Positions 10,210-22,074 are shown, numbered from the stretch's first letter. The stretch: DNA of 64,000 nucleotides from an uncultured Chloroflexia bacterium (GCA_963763075.1 CAVXNF010000006.1:1278-65277); one strand, 5' to 3'. Made by a program: numbers and translations. Notes: generated by a model from the letters alone, not told the origin.

Positions 10210-11015
10210 TGGCGCAGGCGCCGCTCGATCGATCGCTCGCCCGCCCGACGGACGCGCCACCGCTCGCCCACGAGGCGACCGACGAGGCCCCCGTCGTGAG
10301 CGCGGATGCCGAGGCCCCGCTCCTCCCGCCCGAGGAGCTGCCGCGGCACGTCGCGATCATCATGGACGGCAATCGCCGCTGGGCGCGCAGCCGGGGCAAG
10401 GCCGACTTCGAGGGCCACGCGGCCGGCGTGGAGGCGATCCGGGGACTCCTCCGTCACGCGGTCCGGCGCGGCGTCCCGATGCTGACCCTGTACGCGTTCA
10501 GCCGCGAGAACTGGGCCCGCTCCGACGACGAGGTCGCCGGCCTGTTCGAGCTGCTCGCCCAGGCGATCCGCGAGGAGACCGACGAGCTCCGGGCGCAGGG
10601 CGTCCGCGTCCGCCTGCTCGGCCGGCTCGAGGAGCTGCCCGACGCGACCCGCGAGTCGATCACCGGCGCACTCGCCCAGACCGCCGAGGGCACCCGCCTC
10701 GACCTCAACATCGCCTGGAACTACGCCGGCCGGACAGAGCTGGTGGACGCGTTCCGGCGGATCCTCGCCACGGGCGTCGCGCCCGAGGAGGTCGACGAGC
10801 GGACGATCAGCGAGGCGCTCTACACGGGCGGCCTGCCCGACCCCGACCTCGTGATCCGGACCGGCGGCGAGCAGCGGATCAGCAACTTCCTCATCTGGCA
10901 GTCCGCCTACGCGGAGCTCGTGTTCGACGAGTGCCTGTGGCCCGACTTCGGCCCCGCCTCGTTCGACGCCGCGCTGCTCGAGTTCGCCCGCCGCAACCGC
11001 CGCTTCGGCCGGTAG
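10209..11015 (+). CDS. uppS: Polyprenyl diphosphate synthase (UppS)
   Basis: HVAIIMDGNRRWA, LYAFSRENW, NYAGRTE, DLVIRTGGEQRISNFLIWQ. Confidence 0.97.
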   Translation: MAQAPLDRSLARPTDAPPLAHEATDEAPVVSADAEAPLLPPEELPRHVAIIMDGNRRWARSRGKADFEGHAAGVEAIRGLLRHAVRRGVPMLTLYAFSRENWARSDDEVAGLFELLAQAIREETDELRAQGVRVRLLGRLEELPDATRESITGALAQTAEGTRLDLNIAWNYAGRTELVDAFRRILATGVAPEEVDERTISEALYTGGLPDPDLVIRTGGEQRISNFLIWQSAYAELVFDECLWPDFGPASFDAALLEFARRNRRFGR

Positions 11016-11028
11016 GGAGCGCCGCCCG

Positions 11029-11856
11029 ATGCTCCGGACTCGCGGCCTGTCCGCGATCGTGATCGTCGCGCCGCTGCTCATCGCGATCGCGCTCGGGACC
11101 TGGGCCCTGGCGATCCTCCTGGCCGTGGTCGCGGCGATCGCCGCCGGCGAGGCATTCCGGCTGCTCAAGGCCGCGGGCTTCCCGTCGCTCGCGCTGTTCG
11201 GGACGGTCCTCGCGGTCGCGTTCGTGCTCGAGGCGTACTGGCGGCCCGTCGGCGACAAGGGCCTGCTCCTCGTCGCGATCGGGACCGTGCTGGCGGGCAT
11301 CGGCGCCTTCTCGTTCCAGGATCCGCGCGAGGGCCTGCTGGCCTGGGTCGCGACGGTGTTCGGGGCGGTCTACGTCGGGCTCATCGCGTTCGTGCTGCAC
11401 GTTGCCGGCGGTGCACCCGCCGTGCCGGTCGGCGCGCCGCTCGAGTGGCTCGGCGCGGAGCGCGGCTGGGTGCTGCTCCTGATCCTCGGCGTGTGGAGCT
11501 TCGACACCGGGGCATTCCTCGTCGGGCGCCAGATCGGCCGGCACAAGTTCCTGACCCACATCTCGCCCGCCAAGTCGATCGAGGGCGTGATCGGCGGCGT
11601 CGTCGCCACGACGCTGGTGACCGCGATCCTGCTCGCCGCGCTCGGCCAGAACCCGCTGGGGGCGCTCGTCCTCGGGCCGCTGCTCGGGCTGACGGCGCAG
11701 GCCGGCGACCTCGCCGAATCGATGCTCAAGCGCGCCGCCGGCCAGAAGGACTCGGGCGCGCTCATCCCCGGGCACGGCGGGATGCTCGACCGGATCGACT
11801 CGTTCCTGTTCGCCGCGCCCGTGGTCGCGCTGTATGTCCTCGCCCTTGCCGGCTGA
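11029..11856 (+). CDS. cdsA: Phosphatidate cytidylyltransferase
   Basis: DTGAFLVGRQIG, ISPAKSIEG, GDLAESMLKR..KDSG.LIPGHGGMLDRIDS. Confidence 0.97.
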   Translation: MLRTRGLSAIVIVAPLLIAIALGTWALAILLAVVAAIAAGEAFRLLKAAGFPSLALFGTVLAVAFVLEAYWRPVGDKGLLLVAIGTVLAGIGAFSFQDPREGLLAWVATVFGAVYVGLIAFVLHVAGGAPAVPVGAPLEWLGAERGWVLLLILGVWSFDTGAFLVGRQIGRHKFLTHISPAKSIEGVIGGVVATTLVTAILLAALGQNPLGALVLGPLLGLTAQAGDLAESMLKRAAGQKDSGALIPGHGGMLDRIDSFLFAAPVVALYVLALAG

Positions 11857-13064
11857 GCCGCGGCCGCTCGGCGTCGCCCTGCTCGGCTCCACGGGGAGCA
11901 TCGGGACGCAGACGGTCGACGTCCTCGCCGCGCACGCCGACCGGTTCCGGGTCGTCGCCCTCGCCGCGGGCCGCAACGCAGCCGAGCTCGAGGCGCAGGT
12001 CGCGCGACTCCGTCCTGCCGCGGCCGCCCTCTCGGACGACGGCGCAGCGCTCGAGCTCCCTGCGGGCACAACCCGGGTCCGCGGCGCAGATGCGCTCGTG
12101 GAGCTCGCGACCCGCGACGACGTCGACCTCGTGATCGTCGGCACGGGCGGCGTCGTGTCCCTCCGCCCGGTGCTCGCCGCGCTGCGCGCCGGCAAGGTCG
12201 TGGCCACGGCCAACAAGGAGACGCTCGTCGCCGGCGGGCACCTCGTCATGGCCGAGGCCGCCGCGAGGGCGGGGGAGCGGGCCGCGATCGATCCCGCGAG
12301 ACCCCCTCGCCACGCCGCTCGCCTGGCTGCGGCCGATCGATTCCGAGCACTCCGCGATCTGGCAGTGCCTCGTCGGTGAACCAATGTCGGCCATCGCGCG
12401 TCTGGTGCTCACCGCCTCGGGCGGGCCGTTCCTCGACGCCACGCCGGACGAGCTGGCGGGCGTCACCCCGGAGCAGGCCCTCAAGCACCCGACATGGACG
12501 ATGGGAGCCAAGATCACGATCGATTCCGCGACGCTCGCCAACAAGGGCCTGGAGGTCATCGAGGCACACTGGCTGTACGATGTCGAGTACGACGCCATCG
12601 ACGTCGTCGTCCATCCGCAGAGCGTCGTGCACTCGGCCGTCCTGTTCGTGGATGGTTCGCTCAAGGCTCAGCTCGGCACCCCGGACATGCGTCTCCCGAT
12701 CCAATACGCGCTCACTCACCCTGAGCGCCTCCCGTCACCGACCACCCCGCCCGACCTCGTGGCCGCGGCGCGCCTGGACTTCCGCGCGCCCGACGAGGGC
12801 CGGTTCCCGGCGCTGCGCATCGCCCGCGAGGCGGGCCGCACCGGCTCGCGCGCCTCGGCCGCGCTGATCGCCGCGGACGAGGTGGCGGTCGCGCGCTTCC
12901 TCGGCGGCACGCTCGACTTCATGGGCATCCCGCGCCTGCTCGAGGCCGCGGTCACCCGCTATGGCGAGGGCGCCGACCAGGCGCCCGGCGTCGACGACCT
13001 GGTAGCGCTCGACCGTGAGGTCCGCGCGGCCTTCGCGACCGGCACCGTGGGGGGCATCGCATGA
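11834..13064 (+). CDS. dxr: 1-deoxy-D-xylulose-5-phosphate reductoisomerase (frameshift near 12300-12380)
   Basis: LLGSTGSIG, ANKETLV, PIDSEHSAIWQCL (alternate frame), MGAKITIDSATLANKGLEVIEAHWL. Confidence 0.95.
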
Positions 13065-14290
13065 CCGGACTCATCCAGAGCCTGATCACGATCTTCGTGT
13101 TCATCCTGCTGCTCGGCTCGCTCGTCCTCATCCACGAGGTCGGGCACTTCATCACGGCGCGCTGGGCGAAGGTCCGCGTGCTCGAGTTCGGGATCGGCTT
13201 CCCGCCCCGCGCGAAGGTGCTCGGCCGTGGCAAGCGGCCCGCCTACGACGCCGGCCGCCCGCCGCGACCCGATCCCGCGCTGCCGCCCGGCGTCGAGCCC
13301 GGCTCGGAGGAGGCCGAGGCGTTCCTCGCCGCGGCCCGCGCCCAGGACGCCGAAGCCGGCGCGACCCTGTACACGCTCAACTGGCTGCCGATCGGCGGCT
13401 TCGTGAAGCTCGAGGGCGAGGACGGCAGCGACGACGCCGACCCGCATTCGTTCTCGAACGCGAAGCTGTGGATCAAGGTCGGGATCCTGCTCGCCGGGGT
13501 CACGATGAACCTGCTGCTGGCGTTCGCGATCTTCACCGGCATCGCGCTCGTCGGGGAGCCCGGCGCCAGCGTCGAGTTCAGCCAGGTCGCGCTCGAATTC
13601 GCCGGCCGAGGACGTCGGACTGCGCGCCGGCGACGCGATCTACTCCGTGAACGGCCAGACGTACTCGATCTTCGACGTCGGCACCGGCTACGCGCTCGAC
13701 GACATCCGATCCCTGGCCGGCCAGGAGGTCGTCCTCGGCGTCGTCCACGCTGACGGCACCACCGCGGACGTCACCGTGCCAGCTGCGGGTGCCCGCCACG
13801 CCCCAGCAGGGAGCCCTCGGCATCAGCGCGATGGAGGTCGTGCCGTACGGCACCGTCAACTACTCGCCCGCGGAGGCGCGTCACGCTCGGCGTCCAGCGG
13901 ACGGTGGACGCCTTCGGCCTCATCCTCGAGGGCCTGGCCGACCTCGGTCGATCGATCGTCACCAGCCCGACGACGGCCCCGCCCGCCTCGGGCCCGGTCG
14001 GCATCGCGGTCGAGATCGGCGACGTGCTCTGGAACCTCGGGCCGATCTACGTCCTCTACATGGCGGCGCTGCTGTCCGCGAACCTCGCGCTCGTGAACAT
14101 CCTGCCGTTCCCGCCCCTCGATGGCGGGCGGATCCTCATGATCCTGCTCAAGGCGATCCCGGGGTACGGCAAGCGGATCTCGCTGCGCGCGGAGCAGCTG
14201 ACCTACGCGGTCGGGTTCGTCGCCCTGTTCACGTTCCTCATCTGGATCACCGTGTTCGACGTGGTGAAGCAGGTCGGGGGCGGCCAGTGA
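13061..14290 (+). CDS. rseP: RseP-like M50 intramembrane zinc metalloprotease with PDZ region (frameshifts near 13600-13900)
   Basis: [33 protein letters not shown]. Confidence 0.93.
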
Positions 14291-15541
14291 CCTCACCCGA
14301 CGGGCTGCGGCCGGTCCGCCGGCCGACCGTCTCGGTCGACGTCGGCGGCGTGCTCGTCGGGTCGGCCCACCCGGTCGTCGTCCAGTCGATGACCAACACG
14401 GACACGGCGGACGCCGGACTCGACCGCGATCCAGGTCGCCCGGCTGGCCCACGCGGGCTCGCAGCTCGTGCGGGTGACCGTCAACACGGACGAGGCCGCC
14501 GCCGCCGTCCCGGAGATGGTGCGCAGGGTCCGCGGCCTCGGCGTCGACGTCCCGGTCATCGGCGACTTCCACTACAACGGGCACAAGCTGCTCGTGGACC
14601 ACCCGGAGATGGCCGCCGCGCTCGACAAGTACCGGATCAACCCCGGCAACGTCGGCAGCAAGCACCACGACGTCAACTTCCAGACGATCGTCCGGGCGGC
14701 GATCGCCAACGACAAGCCCGTGCGGATCGGCGTCAACTGGGGGTCGCTCGACCAGCAGCTGCTGACCGAGCTGATGGAGGCGAACGCCGCCGCCGCCGAG
14801 CCGCGCGACGCCCGCGACGTGATGATCGACGCGATGGTCGAGTCGGCGATGCGGTCCGCCGAGCTGGCCGAGGAGACGGGCCTCCGCCACGACCGGATCA
14901 TCCTGTCCGCGAAGGTCTCCGGCGTCCGCGACCTCGTCGACACGTACCGGCGGCTGGCGCCGCGCTCGGACTATCCGCTCCACCTCGGCCTGACCGAGGC
15001 CGGCATGGGGATGAAGGGCATCGTCGCGTCGACCGCGGGCCTCAGCCTGCTGCTCAACGAGGGGATCGGGGACACGATCCGCGTGTCGCTCACCCCGGAG
15101 CCCGGCGCCGGCCGCGAGCTCGAGGTCGAGGTCGCGCAGCAGGTGCTGCAGTCGCTCGGGCTGCGCTCGTTCCTGCCCCAGGTCAGCGCGTGCCCCGGCT
15201 GCGGCCGCACGACGTCGACGTTCTTCCAGGAGATGGCCCAGCAGATCACGGACCACCTCCGGAACCGGATGCCCGAGTGGCGCGAGACGCACCCCGGCGT
15301 CGAGGAGATGAACGTCGCGGTGATGGGCTGCGTCGTGAACGGCCCCGGCGAGTCGAAGCACGCCGACATCGGGATCAGCCTGCCGGGCACGTTCGAGGCG
15401 CCGGTGGCGCCGGTGTTCGTCGACGGCAAGCTCGACCGCACGCTCCGCGGCGACCACATCGTCGCCGAGTTCATCGACCTGCTCGAGGGCTACGTGGACC
15501 GTCGCTACGGCGCCGGCGTGGAGGCCGTCGCAGCCCGCTGA
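14287..15541 (+). CDS. ispG: (E)-4-hydroxy-3-methylbut-2-enyl-diphosphate synthase (frameshift near 14415)
   Basis: [64 protein letters not shown]. Confidence 0.97.
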
Positions 15542-15577
15542 CGGCGCCGTTTCGAGCGTGGGCCGGGCCCCTGGCGA

Positions 15578-15607
15578 TTGAGGGGTCCACGGGCCCGGGT
15601 GTATACT
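15578..15607 (+). promoter_or_regulatory. Sigma70-type promoter of the nusA operon
   Basis: TTGAGG (15578-15583)-N18-TATACT (15602-15607). Confidence 0.65.
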
Positions 15608-15637
15608 TTTGGCAACAATGCAGGGCCGCCTCCGAAG

Positions 15638-15665
15638 CGTGGGTGACCAACCCACGTTTCTTTGT
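15638..15665 (+). terminator. Leader hairpin with imperfect U-tract upstream of nusA (candidate attenuator)
   Basis: CGTGGGT-gacca-ACCCACG followed by TTTCTTTGT. Confidence 0.6.
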
Positions 15666-15712
15666 GTCGGCGACCCTGCCGCCATCGAGCAGCGAGAGCA
15701 GGAGGAACCACC

Positions 15713-17171
15713 ATGAGCCGTGACTTCGTCGGTGCCCTGCTCCAGCTCAATGCCGAGAAGCAGGTCTCGCGAGAGGCCCTCGTCCGTGCGCTCGAAGAGG
15801 GCATCCAGGCCGCCTACCGCCGCGTCGCCGCCGAGGAGGACATCTTCGTCCGCGTCGAGCCGGAGAGCGGCCGGATCGACGTCTATCGCGGGCGCTACGT
15901 CGTCGACGAGGTCGAGGATCCGATGGTCGAGGTGACCGTCGAGGAGGCCCGCGCCACGAAGGAGGACGCCCGTGCCGGCGACGTCATCGAGCTCGAGCTG
16001 CTCGACGGCGAGAAGTACGGCCGCATCGGCGCCCAGACGGCCAAGCAGATCATCCTCCAGCGGATCCGCGAGGTCGAGCGCGACCAGGTGTTCGACCAGT
16101 TCGCGAGCCGCGAGGGCGAGCTCATCACGGGCTCGGTCTCCCGGGTCGAGCCGCGGGCGATCATCCTCGACGTCGGCAAGGGCGTGGAGGCGGTCCTCGC
16201 GACCAGCGAGCAGAGCCCGCTCGAGCACTACCGCATCGGCCAGCCGGTGAAGGCGTTCGTGCTCGAGGTCCGGCGCTCCGCCCGTGGGCCGCAGATCCTC
16301 GTCAGCCGCACCCACAAGGGCTTCCTGCGGCGCCTGTTCGAGCTCGAGGTGCCGGAGATCCACGCGGGCACGGTCGAGATCAAGGCGATCGCCCGGGAGG
16401 CGGGCAGCCGCTCGAAGGTCGCCGTCGCGTCGCGCCAGGAGGGCCTGGACCCCGTCGGGGCCACGGTCGGCCAGCGCGGGGCACGGGTCCAGGCCGTCGT
16501 CGCCGAGCTCGCGGGCGAGAAGATCGACGTGATCCCGTGGAACGAGGACGCGTCGGTGTTCGTCGCCAACGCGCTGTCGCCGGCGCAGGTGCTCGGCGTC
16601 GTGATCGACGAGGAGCACCGGATCGCGGCCGTGACCGTCCCCGAGCGGATGCTCTCGCTCGCGATCGGTCGCGAAGGCCAGAACGCGCGGCTCGCCGCCC
16701 GTCTCACCGGCTGGCGGATCGACATCCGGAGCGACGTCGCCGTGGCCGAGTCCGCCGCCGCCGCCGCCCCCGACGAGGCACCCGCGGCCGTCGACGGCGA
16801 GGTGTCCCCGTCGCCGAGGCGCCGGCCGTGGATGCGTCCACCGAGCCGGTCGCCGCAGCCGACGCGGACGGCGGCCGCCGACGTCGAGGCGGCCGCCGAG
16901 CCCGAGGCCGCGCCCGCGACGCCGCAAGAAGCGCACCACGAAGGCCAAGGCCGCGAGCGCGACGCGACGCCGCCGCGACGGACGCCGCCCCGCGGACGAC
17001 GCCCCGGTCGAGGAGGCGGCGCCGCGCCCGCGAAGCGCACCCGCGCCAAGGCGAAGCCGGCCGACGAGGCCGCCTCCGCTGAGGCGGCCGACGCCGAGGC
17101 CGACGGCCGAGGCGCCTGCCGCCAAGCCGAAGCGCGCCAAGAAGGCGGCACCCGAGGAGGTGTCGTCGTAG
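15713..17171 (+). CDS. nusA: Transcription factor NusA with long low-complexity C-terminal tail (frameshifts in tail)
   Basis: [69 protein letters not shown]. Tail ends [13 protein letters not shown] (TAG 17169-17171) in a shifted frame. Confidence 0.95.
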
Positions 17172-17566
17172 CCCCGGCAACGGCCGGCCGATCCCGGCCC
17201 GCTGCCCCGCGGCCCGTCCCGACGCGCACCTGCGTCGCGTGCCGGACTGCCCGCCCCAAGCGGGAGCTCGTCCGGGTCGTTCGCACGCCGGGCGGTACGA
17301 TGGTGCTCGACGAGACCGGCCGCGCCGCAGGACGCGGCGCCTACCTGTGCCGGGACGCCGACTGCTGGTCGACGGCCGGCAGGCGACGCGCCCTCGAGCA
17401 TGCGCTCGGGGCCGCGGTCCCGGACGACCTCGCGGCGACGCTCGCCGCGGGACCCGATGCCCTCGGGTCCATCACTGACAACACAACCACCGGCGCCCCG
17501 TCCGACCCGGACGCAGGCGCGCCGACCAACATGAACACTGAAGGAGGGCCTCATGGCCAGGAGTAG
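17168..17566 (+). CDS. ylxR: YlxR/RnpM RNA-binding protein (start uncertain)
   Basis: PTRTCVACR....KRELVRVVR...G.......GRGAYLC....C; canonical position between nusA and infB. Confidence 0.9.
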   Translation, partial: VAPATAGRSRPAAPRPVPTRTCVACRTARPKRELVRVVRTPGGTMVLDETGRAAGRGAYLCRDADCWSTAGRRRALEHALGAAVPDDLAATLAAGPDALGSITDNTTTGAPSDPDAGAPTNMNTEGGPHGQE

Positions 17567-19457
17567 GAGCGGCACCCGCGGCCGTCGCGGACCCCGCAAG
17601 CCCCCGCGTCGTGCCGGCTTCGCGCCGGGCGCGGTCCAGGTCATCGACCCGAGCGAGCGCGGCGCGATCGAGCTCCCGGGCACGATCACCGTCAAGGAGC
17701 TGGCGGACCTGCTGACCGTCAGCCCGGGCGACATCATCCGGGAGCTCATCAAGAGCGGCATCTTCGCGACCATCAACCAGCTGATCGACCGCGACACGGC
17801 GAGCCTCGTCGCGGAGGAGCTGGGCTACGAGGTGGCGGAGCCCGACCTGACGGCCGCGGCCGCCGAGGACGAGGAAGGCGCGGGCCCCGTGCCCGAGGCC
17901 GCCAAGGAGGTCCTGTACGAGGAGGACGACGAGGCAGACCTCGTCGCCCGCGCCCCGATCGTGACCGTGATGGGCCACGTCGACCACGGCAAGACGAGCC
18001 TGCTGGACGCCATCCGCACGACGACGGTCGCGGCGGGCGAGCGTGGCGGCATCACGCAGCACATCGGCGCGTCCGAGATCACCACCAAGGACGGCAAGCG
18101 GGTCGTGTTCCTCGACACCCCGGGCCACGAGGCGTTCACCTCGATGCGGGCCCGCGGCGCGAAGGTCACCGACATCGCCGTGATCGTCGTGGCGGCGGAC
18201 GACGGCGTCATGCCCCAGACCCTCGAGGCGATCAGCCACGCCAAGGCGGCCAAGGTGCCGCTCGTGATCGCGATGAACAAGGTCGACCGGCCCGAGGCCA
18301 ACCCGGACCGCGTCCGGACGGAGCTCGCCGAGGCTGGCGTCGTCGTCGAGGACTACGGCGGCGACGTGCCGATGGTGCCGGTGTCGGCGAAGACCCGGAC
18401 GGGCATCGAGGAGCTGCTCGAGATCATCCTGCTCGTCGCCGACCTGCAGGAGCTCAAGGCGAACCCGAAGCGGCACGCGGTGGGCACGATCATCGAGGCG
18501 CAGCTGGACAAGGGCCGCGGCCCGGTCGCGACGGTCATCGTCCAGACGGGCACGCTCAACGTCGGCGACGTCGTGGTCGCGGGCAACACGTACGGCAAGG
18601 TCAAGGCGCTCGAGAGCTCGACCGGCAAGCGGATCACGAAGGCCGGGCCGGCAACGGCCGCGGTCATCCTCGGCCTGTCGGACGTGCCCGAGGCCGGCGA
18701 CGTCATCCGCGTGGTCGCGGACGAGAAGATCGCCCGCACCCAGGTCGAGACCCGCAAGAACGAGGCCGCCGCCCGCGAGGGTGCCGGTGCCGGTCGCGCG
18801 ACGCTCGAGGACCTGTACCGCCAGATGCAGGCGGGCCAGGCCAAGGAGCTGCGGATCATCCTCAAGTCGGACGTCTCGGGCTCGCTCGGCGCGATCGACC
18901 GTGCGCTCGGCCAGCTGTCCTCGGACGAGACGAAGATCAACGTCCTGCTCGAGGCCGCGGGCGACATCACCGACAACGACATCATGCTCGCGACGGCGTC
19001 CAACGCGATCGTCGTCGGCTTCAACACCGGCATCACCGACACCGCCCGCCGCGCCGCCGAGGCCGAGGGCGTCGACGTCCGGCTGTACGACATCATCTAC
19101 AAGCTCACGGACGACATCGACGCGGCCCTCAAGGGCATGCTCGAGCCGGAGATGGTCGAGGTGATCGAGGGCCGGGCCGAGGTCCGCCAGATCTTCAAGG
19201 TCGGCAAGAGCACGGTCATCGCCGGCTGCTTCGTCACCGACGGCCGCATCGTCCGCACAGGCGGTGCCCGGGTGTGGCGCGGCGGCAAGATCATCGAGAC
19301 CGACCGGATCGAGTCGCTCCGCCGGTTCCGGGACGACGTCCGCGAGGTCGCCCAGAACTACGAGTGCGGCATCGGCCTCGCGGGCTACAACGACCTCGTC
19401 GAGGGCGACATCATCGAGTGCTTCACCACGCAGGCGCGCAGCCGGATCGCCGGCTGA
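17553..19457 (+). CDS. infB: Translation initiation factor IF-2
   Basis: [55 protein letters not shown]. Confidence 0.99.
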   Translation: MARSRSGTRGRRGPRKPPRRAGFAPGAVQVIDPSERGAIELPGTITVKELADLLTVSPGDIIRELIKSGIFATINQLIDRDTASLVAEELGYEVAEPDLTAAAAEDEEGAGPVPEAAKEVLYEEDDEADLVARAPIVTVMGHVDHGKTSLLDAIRTTTVAAGERGGITQHIGASEITTKDGKRVVFLDTPGHEAFTSMRARGAKVTDIAVIVVAADDGVMPQTLEAISHAKAAKVPLVIAMNKVDRPEANPDRVRTELAEAGVVVEDYGGDVPMVPVSAKTRTGIEELLEIILLVADLQELKANPKRHAVGTIIEAQLDKGRGPVATVIVQTGTLNVGDVVVAGNTYGKVKALESSTGKRITKAGPATAAVILGLSDVPEAGDVIRVVADEKIARTQVETRKNEAAAREGAGAGRATLEDLYRQMQAGQAKELRIILKSDVSGSLGAIDRALGQLSSDETKINVLLEAAGDITDNDIMLATASNAIVVGFNTGITDTARRAAEAEGVDVRLYDIIYKLTDDIDAALKGMLEPEMVEVIEGRAEVRQIFKVGKSTVIAGCFVTDGRIVRTGGARVWRGGKIIETDRIESLRRFRDDVREVAQNYECGIGLAGYNDLVEGDIIECFTTQARSRIAG

Positions 19458-19515
19458 CGCGCCCCGAGGGGGCGGTCCGCGTGACCGTCCCGGCGCGTGA
19501 CCACGGGACCAGACG

Positions 19516-20097
19516 ATGAGCCAGCGGACCGACCGCGTCGACGAGCTCCTGCGCCAGGAGATCGGCGTGCTCCTCGCCAAGGAGCTCGCCGACCCGCGCA
19601 TCGGGTTCGTGACGATCACCGACGTCGAGACGGCGCCGGATCTCCGGCACGCCAAGGTCTGGGTCAGCGTGATCGGCGGCAAGACCGATCAGAAGGAGAC
19701 GCTCCGGGCGCTCCAGCACTCGATGGGGTTCATCCGCCACGAGCTGGGCCGGACGCTGCGGATCAAGCGCATCCCGGCGCTCCACGTCCACCTCGACGAC
19801 ACGGCGGAGCGGGGGACTCGTGTCCTCCACCTGCTCCAGGAGCTCGAGGAGGGCAAGGAGCCCGAGACGATCGAGCCGTACCAGGAGTCGCTGCCGAAGC
19901 CGGTCCAGCGGCTGCCCCACGAGGGCGTCGATGCCGAGACGGAGGGCTTCGGGGGCGCCGCGGCCGACCACGCAGCGGCCACCGGCGGCGGCTCGAAGCC
20001 AGCTCGCCGGCCGACGACCCGCCGGGGACCCGGCGGTCCGCGCGCAGGTCGCGGCGCGCCGCCCAAGACGCCCCGTCGCTCCCCGAAGCGCACATGA
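19516..20097 (+). CDS. rbfA: Ribosome-binding factor A with basic C-terminal tail
   Basis: RTDRVDELLRQEI, DPRIGFVTITDV...PDLRHAKVWVS, RIPALHVHLD. Confidence 0.97.
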   Translation: MSQRTDRVDELLRQEIGVLLAKELADPRIGFVTITDVETAPDLRHAKVWVSVIGGKTDQKETLRALQHSMGFIRHELGRTLRIKRIPALHVHLDDTAERGTRVLHLLQELEEGKEPETIEPYQESLPKPVQRLPHEGVDAETEGFGGAAADHAAATGGGSKPARRPTTRRGPGGPRAGRGAPPKTPRRSPKRT

Positions 20098-21125
20098 GCG
20101 ACGCGATCGACCTCGCGGCACTCGCGCGTGACGCCGTCCCGGCACCCGTCCTGGCCCGGCTGACCGCGGCCCGCAACGCGCTCGTCGTGAGCCACGAGAA
20201 CCCGGATGCCGACACGCTCGGCGCGGGGCTCGGCGTGTGCGCGATCCTCGAGGCGTGCGGGGCGCAGGCCACGGCCGTGTCGACGGACCCGGTGCCGCCG
20301 CTGTACGCGTTCATCGCGGGCGTGGAGCGGTTCCGTACGGACCCCGACCCTGCGCAGACCTACGACCTGCTGGTGCTCGTCGACTGCGGCTCGGCGGACC
20401 GCGTGGGGGCGGTCGCCCAGCGGCACCCGGAGCTGTTCGCCACGCTGCCGCGGGTGATCATCGACCACCACGCCTCGAACGCCGACGGCGGTGCCGCGGA
20501 CTGGATCGAGCCGGGCTCGGCCGCGACCTGCGAGATGGTGACGCTCCTCGCGGCGCGGCTCGGCGTCCCGCTCGACGCCGGCGACGGCACGCTCGCCGCG
20601 GCGCTGATGGCCGGGATCGTGATGGACACCGCGACCTTCGCCCATCCCAACGCCACGCCCCGGACGCTGGCCGTGTCGTCGGCGCTCGTCGCTGCCGGCG
20701 CGCCGCTGTCGGACATCTCGCGCCGGCTCTACCGCACCAAGCCCGACGCCCAGCTCCGCCTGTTCGGGCGGGTGCTGGACCGGCTCCAGACGTCGCCCGA
20801 CGGCCGGGTCGTATGGTCGACCCTCGCCAACGCCGACTACCCCGCGACGGGCTCGATCCGAGCCCACTCCGAGGGGATCATCGACCTCCTCGCGCAGTCC
20901 GACACGGCCGAGGTCGCGATGCTGCTCAAGGAGGGCGAGGACGACGGCACGCGCCTGTCGGTGCGCACGAAGCCCGGCGGCGTGGACGCCACGGTGCTGA
21001 CCGGCGCGTTCGGCGGCGGCGGCCATGCCCGAGCCGCCGGCGCCTCGCTGCCGCTGCCGATGGCCGAGGCGGTGACCGCGGTCCGCGCCGTGGCCGAGCG
21101 CCTCGCGGCCGAGGTCAGCCGGTGA
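20094..21125 (+). CDS. nrnA: DHH/DHHA1 oligoribonuclease / pAp phosphatase (NrnA family)
   Basis: SHENPDAD, VDC, IIDHH, GIVMDT, SVRTK, FGGGGHARAAG; between rbfA and truB. Confidence 0.92.
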   Translation: MSDAIDLAALARDAVPAPVLARLTAARNALVVSHENPDADTLGAGLGVCAILEACGAQATAVSTDPVPPLYAFIAGVERFRTDPDPAQTYDLLVLVDCGSADRVGAVAQRHPELFATLPRVIIDHHASNADGGAADWIEPGSAATCEMVTLLAARLGVPLDAGDGTLAAALMAGIVMDTATFAHPNATPRTLAVSSALVAAGAPLSDISRRLYRTKPDAQLRLFGRVLDRLQTSPDGRVVWSTLANADYPATGSIRAHSEGIIDLLAQSDTAEVAMLLKEGEDDGTRLSVRTKPGGVDATVLTGAFGGGGHARAAGASLPLPMAEAVTAVRAVAERLAAEVSR

Positions 21126-22072
21126 AGCGAGGCGACCGGAGCGGGGGACTGGACGGCGTCCTCGTCGTCGAGAAGCCGTCCGGCCCGACCTCGCACGACG
21201 TCGTCGGCCTCGTGCGGCGGCTCTCGCAGACCCGCCGGGTGGGCCACGGTGGCACGCTCGACCCGTTCGCGGCCGGCGTCCTGCCGGTGTTCCTCGGCCG
21301 CGCCACCCGCCTCGTCGAGTACCACCTCGGCGCGACGAAGCGCTACCGGGCGACGATCTGCTTCGGGGACACCTCGACGACGGACGACATCGACGGCGAG
21401 CGGACGCCGGTCGACGGGCCGCGCCTGACGCGCGAGGCGGTCGAGGCCGGCATGGCCGCGCTGACCGGCCCCATCCGCCAGGTCCCGCCGCAGTACAGCG
21501 CGGTCCAGATCGAGGGCCGCCGCGCCTATCAGCTGGCCCGCGCGGGCGAGCCCGTGGAGCTGGCGCCGCGCGACGTCGTGATCCACGAGTTCACGATCGT
21601 CGAGTGGGACGACAGCGACCCGGACCGCCCCGTTGCGGTGACCGAGGTCGCGTGCTCCGCGGGCACGTACATCCGGGCGCTGGCGCGCGACCTCGGCGCG
21701 TCGCTCGGCAGCGGGGCGTACCTCGGGGCGCTGGTCCGCACCGCATCCGGCGGGTTCCGGCTCGAGGATGCGGTCGGGTTCGAGGCGCTGCGCGACGGGG
21801 CCGCCGGCGGCACGGACGGGTTCGCGGCGCTCCTGCGGCCGATCGACGCCGGGCTCGAGGACCTGCCGCACGCGACGATCACCGCCGACGAGCTGCGCCG
21901 CCTGTTCGAGGGCCTGCCCACGGGCCCCAAGACGCCGCTCGATGTTCCCGACGCGCCGGCCGTCCTCGCGGTCGGCCCCGAGGGCACCATCGTCGCGGTG
22001 TGCCGAGCCGTCGGGGGCATCCTCCACCCGCACAAGGTGCTCACCGAGCGTCCCGCGACGGTCGGGGCGTGA
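21122..22072 (+). CDS. truB: tRNA pseudouridine(55) synthase
   Basis: [51 protein letters not shown]. Confidence 0.97.
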   Translation: MKRGDRSGGLDGVLVVEKPSGPTSHDVVGLVRRLSQTRRVGHGGTLDPFAAGVLPVFLGRATRLVEYHLGATKRYRATICFGDTSTTDDIDGERTPVDGPRLTREAVEAGMAALTGPIRQVPPQYSAVQIEGRRAYQLARAGEPVELAPRDVVIHEFTIVEWDDSDPDRPVAVTEVACSAGTYIRALARDLGASLGSGAYLGALVRTASGGFRLEDAVGFEALRDGAAGGTDGFAALLRPIDAGLEDLPHATITADELRRLFEGLPTGPKTPLDVPDAPAVLAVGPEGTIVAVCRAVGGILHPHKVLTERPATVGA

Positions 22073-22074
22073 CG

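Noticed and set aside
11834-15541. Pseudogenisation of the MEP pathway (dxr, ispG)
   Set aside because: Both sides of each frameshift are fully conserved and the same defect affects essential genes, so sequencing error is more parsimonious.
15662-17566. Apparent NusA-YlxR fusion
   Set aside because: The NusA tail ends at TAG 17169-17171 in a shifted frame; the continuity comes from indels in a low-complexity tail.
13856-17797. Very long antisense ORFs (also 17472-19682, 34804-37383, 39669-42020, 827-2608)
   Set aside because: Shadow ORFs opposite well-conserved genes, expected from high-GC3 codon bias; no motifs.
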